Source: Corallochytrium limacisporum Hawaii
Taxonomy: Eukaryota > Protista > Pluriformea
Length of the DNA stretch: 61,941 nt
NCBI GenBank assembly: GCA_002811645.1
Contig: PDIP01000104.1
Location: forward strand, 1 to 61,941
Direction: 5' to 3'
Below, piece by piece: positions 21,684 through 31,881 of the stretch (the stretch's first letter is position 1; every line of letters begins with the position of its first letter). The notes beneath the pieces were generated by a model. That model did not search any database, was not told the DNA's origin, and saw nothing but the letters and a program-made list of their open reading frames with translations. The translations under genes were made by a program, and so were the position numbers.

Positions 21684-22086
21684 TGGGAGACCGGAGCAGT
21701 AGTGAATGGACCGGATATCGAAGAGGACAGCGGAGGAGAATAGGGAACACAGGCGGCTGTCTGCAGTTTTTAGAGTTTCAACCGGGCACGGGGAGGTTGG
21801 CCAAATAGAGTATGCAGTGGCTCATGAAGGGATGCGTAATTCGAAATAATGATAATACATTAGGGGGTCGTCAGATGGCACTGGCTTTGTAATGTTTTCT
21901 TGGGCTGAAGCTGAGGGGTGATGACGAATTGATCATGCTACCCGTGTCGTGGTATTTGAAGTGGACAATATAGTGCTCGTGACAACAGAAGCTACCATTT
22001 TCGAAACATCGACCGCAAGAACGAACAATGAATCGAAGAATAGCGAAGGGGTAAGATGCAGTGAATTATCACACAGTATCAAAATC

Positions 22087-22746
22087 ATGGACAACCAGGA
22101 ATCGAAGGATGACTGGAATGTGCAGGGCTGGGGATCTGGTAGTCTGCCTGCCCCTGAGGATGCACGACAGACCTTGAGTCAGCCATCTAGCATACAAGGA
22201 TCAGCAAACCCTTCCCAACCGATAGCTACAAATTCAGTGTCCAAATACGGCAATACAGTTCAACCTTCTGCGCAACATACTTCTGAGCAGCCGCGTGTAT
22301 TTCGAAAACCAATGACTCGAGAAATGAAGCTGACTCAAGGGCGTCATATAGTTGAACGTGATTACAGAAAAGGGTTGGACGTTCGCTTTGACTGGCAGGT
22401 TCCAGACAGCTTGATGGGAAAAATAGACTCTCGAGCATTTGAAGCGACTGTAGGAGAACTGAACGCCATGTTTGCTGATGCACACAAGTGGTCCGTACAT
22501 ACGTATTTACGGGGATTCTTAAACTGTTGTACATGGTGTATTGTTGATGCTGTCCAGAGACCTCAATATGAGCTTGCGCTTGACCAGATCAGCGACTATA
22601 TTGCGCGCAAGAATCAGGACTTGTTCGAGCCTATGGGCTATCATCTCACGGACCCACGAGACTACGGTTTGCGAATGATGGAGGTCGTTGAGTTGCCTCT
22701 TAGTTCACGGATAGACAACAACGGTGTTACGCCTACGCAAAATTGA
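22087..22746 (+). CDS. GOLGA7: Golgin A7 / Erf4 family palmitoyltransferase accessory subunit
   Basis: IVERDY..G..VRF, FEATVGELNAMFADA, LNCCT, YELALDQISDYI, LTDPRDYGLRMME. First ATG at 22087. Confidence 0.85.
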   Translation: MDNQESKDDWNVQGWGSGSLPAPEDARQTLSQPSSIQGSANPSQPIATNSVSKYGNTVQPSAQHTSEQPRVFRKPMTREMKLTQGRHIVERDYRKGLDVRFDWQVPDSLMGKIDSRAFEATVGELNAMFADAHKWSVHTYLRGFLNCCTWCIVDAVQRPQYELALDQISDYIARKNQDLFEPMGYHLTDPRDYGLRMMEVVELPLSSRIDNNGVTPTQN

Positions 22747-22783
22747 AGGCGTTGTTCTATTAGTACATAATACATTACATATC

Positions 22784-23530
22784 TTATCTTGCATCTGCTA
22801 CCCTATCTACAACGTCCACGTATTCCAGATTACAGCACTGTGAAAGGTCTTCTACCCTAATACCTAACTTCCAGTCAACATGGCCGCCCCCCAGATAGAT
22901 AACGGGGGGTACAAGGTTAAGGATGGTAGTACTACACACTATCGGGATCTCAGGGTCAAGCAGGCCGACTGGACACATGGCACCTTGTGAGAAACCAGTA
23001 ATCCGCTCCGCATTCTCTGATGGCATTAGTCGGAAATTAAAGGACTTTCGTCCAATTTTGCCCATGTGTACGTCTTGATGGAAGTGCTTGATGAGTTTCT
23101 CGTTGTTAAATACTGCCGTGTAAGGCACTATGACAATGATGATGTCGCCACCTGCTTCCGGGACCTCCTTAACTTTTGTGTTGTGAAGCACAATGATCTT
23201 ACACAAGTGATGACGGCTAGGAGCACCAAGTACCGCCATTCTGCGGTACAAAGTCCAGTTGTAGTAATCACTGGGAACTTGCTTGATCACAAAGTCTCTG
23301 ACACCATGCTTGTGACATCGGCCAACCACTCGCTGGACTCCTTCATGAGGGATATGATCAAAACATGAATCTTCATCTTGCTCCACCGTACTCTTGCTAC
23401 TATGACTCCAGTCGTACAAATGACTTGCTTGCGAACGGGCATAAAAGTCGCCAAGTGTATCCATATGCTCCCGTAATTGTTCCAACAACTTGTCAAGTCG
23501 GACCTCGAGGTCATTGATAGCACTCGCCAT
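22784..23530 (-). CDS. YbaK/ProX-like aminoacyl-tRNA deacylase family protein
   Basis: VPSDYYNWTL..R..VLGA.S.HHLCK, FNFRL, TGFSQGAMCPVG, YLGGGHVDWKLG. Likely start MASAIND at 23530; the ORF extends to 23710. Confidence 0.8.
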   Translation of the reverse strand: MASAINDLEVRLDKLLEQLREHMDTLGDFYARSQASHLYDWSHSSKSTVEQDEDSCFDHIPHEGVQRVVGRCHKHGVRDFVIKQVPSDYYNWTLYRRMAVLGAPSRHHLCKIIVLHNTKVKEVPEAGGDIIIVIVPYTAVFNNEKLIKHFHQDVHMGKIGRKSFNFRLMPSENAERITGFSQGAMCPVGLLDPEIPIVCSTTILNLVPPVIYLGGGHVDWKLGIRVEDLSQCCNLEYVDVVDRVADAR

Positions 23531-24168
23531 AGCAACTGATTTCTCGAACACGTGACGGTACGCACGTTTTGGCGAACGACCTACTGCTTCAGCTACCGAT
23601 TCAGATAGTGTCCTACAGTAGTACCTGCTAAGCAGAATGAATACCACGTCTAGAAGGGTATGTCCAGGAGAAAGAGTGGTGGATGTACTCTGAGTCCCAC
23701 CATTGCACATCTAGTGTCCTTCGTGTATCGATTTGACTGCATCGTGAATTGAGCAAGCGCTCGCAGTGAGGACCCTGTGAACCTACGACTACACAATTTA
23801 TTGGCCGACTGCAATTCTAGTACTCTTGCGTCTCGCTTTCCTCCCGGGCCTTTGCGCGCAATCCCCCTTAACCCTAGGAACGAAGGGGAGGAAGGAGAAG
23901 GGTCGGGTCTCATCTGCAGCCCTCAGAGGCGTCGCGTCCGAACAGGCAGTTGGTGGGCAGGTGAGAGCAGGTACTTGCGTTTTTACGGGGCCCAACAATG
24001 TTTGTGCATCGGGAGAATTTGATTGCCAGAGGAAATACTACAAAATGAATAGGTGATCTGATCTTTGCACCTGTCCTGGACACCAATTGTACAAAAAAAG
24101 AGACGATGGATTTCCAGCAGAAGACACCTCACATGTAAGAGTAGGTGCACCTGCTACGTTGGGTCAAG

Positions 24169-26907
24169 ATGGCCTTACACGCTATCTTAGAGGCCAATAT
24201 TTACTTACCATACTTTCAAAACATCGATCTCTTTGAACAGGGATTGTATGAAATCAGGTTGAAAGCTGCGGTCGGAAAAGATTTTAAGAGCAAGCGATTT
24301 GATCCTCCAAAGGCACAAGCTGGAGAAATTCTACCTGAGTTTGAGCCACCCCTCGGGTTCACAGTTATCGACGACATTCGGAAACATAAGCCAAGTAATT
24401 CTCTGGATGTTGTGAATTCTGAAAAACAGGATTTCTACATCGACAAGGACCACCACATCTTCCCGCCACAGATTGTTCCGAGGCAGAATGCCAACAAGCA
24501 CCCATATTTTGCATCTCGGGCTTTCAAGGTTAGTTACAAAAAGGAAAAAGTGATTCTCGGGGACGAGTGCATATTCAGGAAAGAAATCCCTCTGGATAGT
24601 ACAAAGTCGTACGAGGAACAGTGTCGACAGATAGATCTATTAATCTGCGTGGAATTGTATTTCAAGAGGCAGGGAGTGAGTAAGGCGGTGGAGCGCCAAT
24701 CGCTCAAGTGCGTGGATGTGCAACACTATTTGATCCGGGGGGCTTGCTGTCCTGGAGAGCATGTGGCACCAACATTAGTGTTCAGCTGGTACTACTTTAG
24801 CATCCTACAAATGTGCGTGCATACGGCGGGTTTAGGTATCTTGTACGCGCCTACGACAGAAATGAGCACTCAGATGAAGGCCTCAGCGTACGGCGTGTTG
24901 AACGGACGCAGTTCGCCCACACGGTCCCATAGCCCCGGCTCTGAAATTAGTCTGGTTGATGTAGTCACACGCGCTATTCCTGATGACGAGAGACGGACCA
25001 GTATAACGGGTACTTTAAAGAGATTAAGCCTAGCTTCGAAGGCTTCGGAACCAACGCCAGCAGTGGCAGCAGCAGCCAGCGGTGGCATAGTGAACGACGA
25101 TGCTGTTGGCCAGAATTTTGAAGGGGATCCTGCGGGTCTATCGCAAGCTCAAGCAAGAGCTGCCCTGATCCACTGCGAGTGCATTGAAGCTGCAAACGCG
25201 GCCATGGAATCTCTTGTACGATGGACTAGTGAGACGTTGGAGCGCATGAACGACCGTTATCAGAGACAGGCTACAGAGCGCAAGAAGCCTCAGTTTATTG
25301 ATCTATTGAAGTCAGTTGGTATTGATGTTGAAGAGCAGGAGAGAATTGCAGCACAGGAAAGGGCAATCGTTGCTGACCAGAAGCGTGCATTTCGGACCTC
25401 CGGAGCTGATTTGCAGGAGCAGAAAGACGATAGGGCAAGATGGGACAAGGCTGAAGAGGAAATCAACGACGAAGTACACACTGCGAGAAGATATTTCAAA
25501 GTTCCACTTACTATGCAATTTCATAAGGAGCTCGAAAAAACAACCACCGCCGCTCAGATCGCGCGTGCATTCCATCAGGGCATGAATCGTGCACACTTCT
25601 TGCTTAATGAATGGTGGATTTACCTTGTTAACTGCTTTGCTGTCAACCCTGACGTGGTTGACCTACTGGGAAACGACCATCTTCAGGCCATTCGATATCT
25701 TCTACGTTCAGGTTATATCATCAGTTATCACCACCACGAGGAGATTGTCAACAATCCATCTGCCAGAGTGAAAGAGCCGTACCACCTGATTGCAACAAAG
25801 ATCCGCACCAGTGACTACTACCAGAACTGCATGGACATGCGTTGCTATCAGTTGGAGTACGATGGCAACCTTGATGATGTACCTGTAGTTTTTGAGCAGA
25901 CGTATCATGGTTGTCGATCAGGGAAGTCACGTATGGGCAGAGAGGTGGGCTTGGAACAGATTCTCGCCATCCCACCAGATTCCCTGGAGATGCAAGGTGA
26001 CCGGCTTCTCGAGCATTTGCAAGTCGAGGGATCGTTCATGACACAGAGAGATAATTTAACTGCCTACGCGTCATTTGACAATTTGGATAAGTCATTTGGG
26101 GGAGGTGATCACCTCATCATCTTTGTGCATGGCTTCATGGGATCCTCAATTGATCTGCGGCTGCTTCGCAATCACATTTGGTTGCTGTTCCCGGACACGC
26201 AATGCCTAATGAGCACATGCAACGAAAAGGACACGGGGGTGAGTATCGCGAAATTAGCTGAGAACCTCCGTGAGGAGATCAAAGCATTCCTTAAAGAACC
26301 GGAGGAGCCAATAACCCGGGTTTCGTTTGTCGGGCACTCCCTGGGCAACATTGTTATCCGGTGCGCTCTCAGTGACCATGTGTTTGCCCGAACCCTGCCG
26401 AAACTGCACACCTACTTGTCTTTGGCCGGCCCGCATTTAGGAGTGCGGTATGGCACACAGCCTCTGGTTGGAATGGGTCTGTGGTTCCTGCAAAAGTTCA
26501 AGAATGCGCGATCGCTGATGGAGCTAGACTTCAAGGATGCATCGTCCTTGGATCAATGCTTGCTCTTTCGGCTTTCAAAGGCCAACTTTTTCGGACTCTT
26601 CAAGAATGTGCTACTGGTGGCATCTTCGCAAGATGGCTTTGTACCCGCCTGGTCATCACGCTGCGAGATTCCCAAGGAAGCCATGAAAGATGCACGATAT
26701 GGTAATCTTATAATCCAGATGGCACGGAATATGCTGGACCCACTGCTGCAAGACCCCACTACTGACTTCATCCGCTTTAGTGTTGAGCACCATGAAAGAG
26801 AGGCTAATATTGGCACGATTACGGGCCGTGCTGCTCACACCAAAGCTCTTGAAAGTGAACACTTTGTCCAGAAATTCTTGGTCAGCGCATTCAAGTACTT
26901 TGAATAA
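24169..26907 (+). CDS. FAM135: FAM135-family putative lipase/serine esterase
   Basis: N-terminal FQNIDLFEQGLYEIR; C-terminal HLIIFVHGFMGSSIDLR, SFVGHSLG, LSLAGPHLG, GRAAH. Confidence 0.9.
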   Translation: MALHAILEANIYLPYFQNIDLFEQGLYEIRLKAAVGKDFKSKRFDPPKAQAGEILPEFEPPLGFTVIDDIRKHKPSNSLDVVNSEKQDFYIDKDHHIFPPQIVPRQNANKHPYFASRAFKVSYKKEKVILGDECIFRKEIPLDSTKSYEEQCRQIDLLICVELYFKRQGVSKAVERQSLKCVDVQHYLIRGACCPGEHVAPTLVFSWYYFSILQMCVHTAGLGILYAPTTEMSTQMKASAYGVLNGRSSPTRSHSPGSEISLVDVVTRAIPDDERRTSITGTLKRLSLASKASEPTPAVAAAASGGIVNDDAVGQNFEGDPAGLSQAQARAALIHCECIEAANAAMESLVRWTSETLERMNDRYQRQATERKKPQFIDLLKSVGIDVEEQERIAAQERAIVADQKRAFRTSGADLQEQKDDRARWDKAEEEINDEVHTARRYFKVPLTMQFHKELEKTTTAAQIARAFHQGMNRAHFLLNEWWIYLVNCFAVNPDVVDLLGNDHLQAIRYLLRSGYIISYHHHEEIVNNPSARVKEPYHLIATKIRTSDYYQNCMDMRCYQLEYDGNLDDVPVVFEQTYHGCRSGKSRMGREVGLEQILAIPPDSLEMQGDRLLEHLQVEGSFMTQRDNLTAYASFDNLDKSFGGGDHLIIFVHGFMGSSIDLRLLRNHIWLLFPDTQCLMSTCNEKDTGVSIAKLAENLREEIKAFLKEPEEPITRVSFVGHSLGNIVIRCALSDHVFARTLPKLHTYLSLAGPHLGVRYGTQPLVGMGLWFLQKFKNARSLMELDFKDASSLDQCLLFRLSKANFFGLFKNVLLVASSQDGFVPAWSSRCEIPKEAMKDARYGNLIIQMARNMLDPLLQDPTTDFIRFSVEHHEREANIGTITGRAAHTKALESEHFVQKFLVSAFKYFE

Positions 26908-27213
26908 TGCTGATGCTTCTTCGACACGATGAGGATGAGAATTGATGGGGACCGGGGTAATGTGCACCTTTAGACAACCCCCCCTTACGAGGGGAGGGCC
27001 CTTCTCATCAGCCATATCTCGGTGGGGGCGCTGGAGTAATTGCGGTGCGGGTCTCGCGTGGTACTGTGGTTGCCACCGGCCCACGGTGGTCTCAAGGTGT
27101 TTGAGAAGAATTCTCCGGAATCTTATTTAAAGGTAGCTCAAGTACTGAATCTAGCATTAAAGAAAAGATTATATCCATGGAATACGGTCATAGTTCTATT
27201 TACACCTAAAAGT

Positions 27214-27561
27214 ATGGGTAGGAAACAGAAGGCTTTACGGGCTGCGCGACGACAGGCAACAGAGTCTTCCATGGACGTTGATTCCAAACCTTCGAAACCC
27301 ATACCCTCTATAACAGCAGCAGCGAATGATGGCGAAGAGGACAATCAGAAGAAAGTATTTGTAATGCCACCGATGCGTCCTGGAGGAACTGCTGGTGCCG
27401 GAAAGAAGAAAGCAAACAGAAAGCAATCGACACGAGCGAAGCATAAACTTCTGAAGAAGAAAGAGAAGGCCAGTGCGCTGGCGGATAAAATGGTTGCACG
27501 AGTGCGGAAAGACAGCAAGAAAGATGCACTCAAAAATGCATTAAAGAAAATCTACGACTAG
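27214..27561 (+). CDS. Small Lys-rich basic protein, possibly an Ecm1/Alb1-like ribosome biogenesis factor
   Basis: 115 aa from ATG 27214, highly basic, ending KEKASALADKMVARVRKDSKKDALKNALKKIYD. Confidence 0.65.
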   Translation: MGRKQKALRAARRQATESSMDVDSKPSKPIPSITAAANDGEEDNQKKVFVMPPMRPGGTAGAGKKKANRKQSTRAKHKLLKKKEKASALADKMVARVRKDSKKDALKNALKKIYD

Positions 27562-27644
27562 ACTAGATTTATATAGCAAAGTATGGAGACGTATGTATGT
27601 AATGTATGTGATATGTGACAATGTGTGTACAATTCATGTAAACT

Positions 27645-27974
27645 CTAGTCAGAGCGCTTAAAAGCTTCTAAAATTTCTACGGTGACAATACGAGCTTGCA
27701 GAAACTTTGTGCTCTTCCGCAATTTGTTTACGCTGACCTCCATATAGTCTCTCATATCATTGTGGCTCAGAGGATAGAACAGGATAAGTAGATCTCGGGC
27801 TTCAAGGAAGTAGTCAGGCTCCTCAAGCATCAGAATCAGACAGTCCACAATTTCCTTCCCATATTCCTGCAGAATACCCCATGACTTACGCACATCATTA
27901 GGCCGCTTCAAGGAACTAAATAGGACATTTAGAAGCTTCCGCTCCTCCTCATACGTTTCTAAGGACCTCGCCAT
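27645..27974 (-). CDS. Hypothetical 109-aa alpha-helical protein
   Basis: ATG-initiated, amphipathic protein-like composition; fits the local tail-to-tail/head-to-head layout. Family not recognised. Confidence 0.55.
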   Translation of the reverse strand: MARSLETYEEERKLLNVLFSSLKRPNDVRKSWGILQEYGKEIVDCLILMLEEPDYFLEARDLLILFYPLSHNDMRDYMEVSVNKLRKSTKFLQARIVTVEILEAFKRSD

Positions 27975-28369
27975 GGTTCCAGGGATGCTGGTAACACGTT
28001 TCCCTGCTTAGATTCCGTTGAAAATGTATCCTTGTATTTCATTACTGTACCACTGACTTCCAAATAACCGAACACACCGGCAGACCTAATGCAATGGAAC
28101 CATCCTGGACCCACTGTAGCAGCTGTTACCAAGTTGGTGCAGAGCTGGAAACCCGGTGGCCAGAGGGTCGCGGCCGACTGCGGTCCCTGGTGATGCGGCC
28201 CTTCCTCTGCGCCCTCCCTCGTCATTACGCAGCAAAAAAATGGAATCCCGGTCGAAGCTCAATATTTCTTTGTGTGTTCGCCTTCATTTGGCCGGACCCC
28301 CTCCCCCAGTCGGTCCGGGTTCACAATGGCCATAAAATGTTTCCATAGCTTGGCTAAGGCGTCGGAAAT

Positions 28370-28389
28370 TTTGGCGCGCTTTTTTTGAA
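28370..28389 (+). promoter_or_regulatory. E2F/CDE + CHR tandem element TTTGGCGCGCTTTTTTTGAA
   Basis: TTTGGCGC followed closely by TTTGAA, about 240 bp upstream of the CAP-G ATG. Confidence 0.55.
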
Positions 28390-28627
28390 GCTGTCCGTGG
28401 CCGTGCAGAGTTGGAAGGGACCCCGGGTTTAAGGAAGAGTTGGTACGAAGCGTGTCAGAGTAGGAAAAGAAGCAGTCCGATACGCTCCCCTTTGTACCAG
28501 GTGCATTCTGCATATAGGTACTTGAATCATTCCAACCACATTCGAGGAGAGTTTTGTAATCTTGATCTTACGGTTTGTCACCAAAACGAAGATATATACA
28601 CATCCTTCCGCGAGGTGATTCAGCACT

Positions 28628-31600
28628 ATGCCGGCCAGGACAAAGAAAAAGGCAGCGCAGCCTCTTGCTGACGTGACGGCCGTCAATAAAAATGTTATGC
28701 CACTTTTCATGGCTATGGAAGATGCACAAAAATCATATGCTTTGCAGAATCGCTCGTTGAATGCGAGTCTTCGGGCGCGACACAACATCAGTTCTGAGGA
28801 GTTCTACGAAAACATTTTCGACGCTGTGAAGCGAACACTCACCGTTGAGCGGCGAGAAGCTTCTTGTGAGCGATTAGTTGATTTCTTGGTAAAGCTTTCC
28901 GTCAGCGGTCGAATTGAGCTGCCCAACAACGATGAGAACGCGGATTCGGAGCAGATCGTTCCCGAGGATACCTTTGCGGCGCCTCTACTTGATGACATTT
29001 TGGCTTTCAGTCGGGCAAAGAACAAATGGGTGCGCATGCGAGTTTGTACATATGTTGCCAAGATTTTGGGTGAGATGAGTGAAGACGAAGAAATTTCGGA
29101 CGAGATTTACGAGTCTCTTCAAGAGAAGATGTTGGTCTGCTGCCGTGACAAGATCCCAATGGTTCGTGTTCAGGCTGTACGGGCCCTTTTCCGTCTGCAG
29201 GATCCAAGTGACCCTCGCTGCCCGGTCATTACAGAATTCACTCGTATGATCGGCAGTGATTCCAGCCATGACGTACGCCAAGAAGTTCTGGACAACATCG
29301 CTCTTACTCGCAGTACCCTGCCTATGGTCATTGAGCGCACCAAAGATTTGAAGCACCAAGTTCGAGTTAAGGCCTTCGAGGTGCTGGCGGAGAAAGTGCC
29401 TCTAGCATCACTCAGTATCACCAGCCGTGCGTCTCTGGCCCTCTCTGGTCTACAGGACCGCCACGAGAGTGTTCGGGAAGCCTGTGGTACAATGATTTTG
29501 AATACGTGGTACGCGGGTCCATGTGAGGGTTCCCTTGATCGCCTTGTGAACGCTTTGGACATCGAAAGCAACGCTGACGCCGCCGAGCTTGTTGTTAAGT
29601 ATGTCGCCACCGTGGCCGCACAGCAGCGGAAGGGAATGCTAACACCTATGCAGAGCCGGGCTGTGGGTGATCTAGAATTTCAGCGGTACACTGTGTCATC
29701 ATTCAACCTCAGCGAGCTGAGCAGTGCAGAGGCCCTGATATGGCGAATCACTTGCCAGACTTACGCGAACGACAGTTCCCTAAACAGTGAGCTCGAACAT
29801 CTGTTGCCCCCAGTGGTGGACTTTTGTACCATTGTGGAGGCGTACGCAGAGATTCCCCGAGATGCACAGGATGTACAGGAAATTCTTCGCGCACACTTTG
29901 TACTCCAACAGCTTTTCTTGATTGCTAAGCTACTGGATCTTAGTGACGAGGCCGGTCGCCGTGCCCTACGCGTCACTGCATGCGCACTTATGGCGGATAA
30001 GGGTACCCCTGACGTATTGTTAAAGCCTCTCGTGTCCTTGTTCCGCAAGATCAGCAACGATCAGCAAGACTTTGTCCGTCAGATGAATGAGGTCATCATC
30101 TGCATTCAAGAAGCTGGTAGGCTGCAGCAGCAGCAAGAGTCCAACTCTCAGTCTTCAACTGCAACCGACGAAATGGCCTCTAACAAACAGAATGCACAGA
30201 AATCTAAGGCTGCTCGCAAGCGTGAACTGGAGTCCGCTGCGCTGCGCCTTGAGATCATGCAGCTTCAGGAAGCTCTCGATGATGCCAAGCAGCAGGAGGA
30301 TTACATGGAGGCGGCGAAACTGAAGGAGAAGCTCACTGCAGCAAAAGCCAAGGCAGAGGCCTTAGCAGAGGCCAGTGAAGCATCGGCTGCTCCTTCGGAA
30401 AGCAATAGTCAAGCGCAGCAGGATGACACGGAGCAGGCACCGCTCCAGCTGCCAGCCAAGGTCCAAGCTCGCTGCCTCGTGCTAGTTGGCCTCATGCTCC
30501 AGCACGCCAACGTTGGAGCTCAGAACCCGGTGGTGCAATCAATTGTTGATGATCTGGTGCTGACTGGGCTGAAGAGTCCATTGCCTCGTATCCGCCGCCA
30601 TTCTATCGAAACTCTGGGCTTGTTGGGGTTGATTGATCTGGATTTCGCACGCGAACACCTTCCAATCTTTATCCAAGCCGTGATGCTGGACAGTGTGGAG
30701 GTGCAGAAGGCTGCCTTGCAGTCTCTCTTTGACTTCTATCTCCGCTATGGCTCTGCTATTGCTCACTCTGTGAGCCAGGATGGTGAGCATGCTGAACAAA
30801 TGGAGTCCCTGATGGCCTGTGCAGAAGAAGATGATGGTCGGGGAGAATCTATGTCAGCATCCTCTGGGGTGGTACCGGTCACCAATATTCACAACGCGTC
30901 CAGCACCCTAGACCTTGGTACTAGCACAAATCTGTTGGGACTGTTGTGCAAGTTCTTTGATGTCAAAGACGACACTGGTGACGAGCTACAGGCTGTTGCA
31001 GTCGAGGGATTTGCAAAGCTGTTCTTTGCGAACCGTGTGGCCAGCCCGGCCATAATAGAAAGGCTCATGCTGCTGTACTTTTCCCCTACCACTGAGGACG
31101 CCATTATCCTGCGTCAGTGCCTCAGTGCTTTTTGGCCAGCCTATGCTTTTAGTTCAAGTGAGCATCAGAGAGTGATCGGCCACGCGTTGATCCCAACTCT
31201 GCAGGTCCTCCTCAACTCTCCTAAGCATAGTCCGCTGTATGAGATTAATGCTTGGAAAGTGGCGCAGGCCTTCGTCAGTCTGACCTCTCCTGATAACCTC
31301 ATCGACAGCGCTGCTGCCGGTGTGGAGGATATGACTGAGACAAGTGCTCATTCTGATATTGCTATGGCCGTGCTGAACCATGCCATCAACCACAGTGCCA
31401 ATCCGGAAATCCCCATGGTTCTGCGTGTCATTCCGACCCTGAACATCATGAATGACTCTGTGGCTACTTGGCGTGCCCTGAGGGAACTTAATTCTTCAGC
31501 ACTTGAGGAGTTCAGTGATGCTAACCTCACCAAGTATCTCAGTAGATTTGGAACGGCACTTGGGAGCATGATTGTCAAATACGAAGAAATGGATGAGGAA

Positions 31601-31705
31601 GTCGAGGGTGTCGAACCTCCCATGGTCAAACACGACGAGGTCGCCGAGGACGAGAAAGGCGATGAGGAGGAGGATGATGACGAAAATGACGATGATGACG
31701 AATGA
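28628..31705 (+). CDS. NCAPG: Condensin I HEAT subunit CAP-G (Ycg1/Cnd3)
   Basis: AKNKWVRMRVC, DKIPMVRVQAV.AL.RLQ, RTKDL...VR, DLSDEAGRRAL, AVEGFAKL, LLYFSP, LRQCLSAF.P.YA. Confidence 0.95.
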   Translation: MPARTKKKAAQPLADVTAVNKNVMPLFMAMEDAQKSYALQNRSLNASLRARHNISSEEFYENIFDAVKRTLTVERREASCERLVDFLVKLSVSGRIELPNNDENADSEQIVPEDTFAAPLLDDILAFSRAKNKWVRMRVCTYVAKILGEMSEDEEISDEIYESLQEKMLVCCRDKIPMVRVQAVRALFRLQDPSDPRCPVITEFTRMIGSDSSHDVRQEVLDNIALTRSTLPMVIERTKDLKHQVRVKAFEVLAEKVPLASLSITSRASLALSGLQDRHESVREACGTMILNTWYAGPCEGSLDRLVNALDIESNADAAELVVKYVATVAAQQRKGMLTPMQSRAVGDLEFQRYTVSSFNLSELSSAEALIWRITCQTYANDSSLNSELEHLLPPVVDFCTIVEAYAEIPRDAQDVQEILRAHFVLQQLFLIAKLLDLSDEAGRRALRVTACALMADKGTPDVLLKPLVSLFRKISNDQQDFVRQMNEVIICIQEAGRLQQQQESNSQSSTATDEMASNKQNAQKSKAARKRELESAALRLEIMQLQEALDDAKQQEDYMEAAKLKEKLTAAKAKAEALAEASEASAAPSESNSQAQQDDTEQAPLQLPAKVQARCLVLVGLMLQHANVGAQNPVVQSIVDDLVLTGLKSPLPRIRRHSIETLGLLGLIDLDFAREHLPIFIQAVMLDSVEVQKAALQSLFDFYLRYGSAIAHSVSQDGEHAEQMESLMACAEEDDGRGESMSASSGVVPVTNIHNASSTLDLGTSTNLLGLLCKFFDVKDDTGDELQAVAVEGFAKLFFANRVASPAIIERLMLLYFSPTTEDAIILRQCLSAFWPAYAFSSSEHQRVIGHALIPTLQVLLNSPKHSPLYEINAWKVAQAFVSLTSPDNLIDSAAAGVEDMTETSAHSDIAMAVLNHAINHSANPEIPMVLRVIPTLNIMNDSVATWRALRELNSSALEEFSDANLTKYLSRFGTALGSMIVKYEEMDEEVEGVEPPMVKHDEVAEDEKGDEEEDDDENDDDDE

Positions 31706-31881
31706 GCTTATGAACAAAACGATACAACCCGCGCATGGCAATTATCTTTAATACAGAATAATATCACAGAGGAATCGGTGTAAATCTAAGTGGTCGATGA
31801 CCGTGCTACTGCAGCTTATTAAGTGCGGAATAGATGCATGATCACAATACCATGGATGGAACAGCCGTATTGCCCCTATTT

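Noticed and set aside
30250-30345. UVR-like motif (EDYMEAAKLKEKL) inside CAP-G
   Set aside because: As I recall, a similar coiled-coil insertion is present in animal CAP-G, so not novel.
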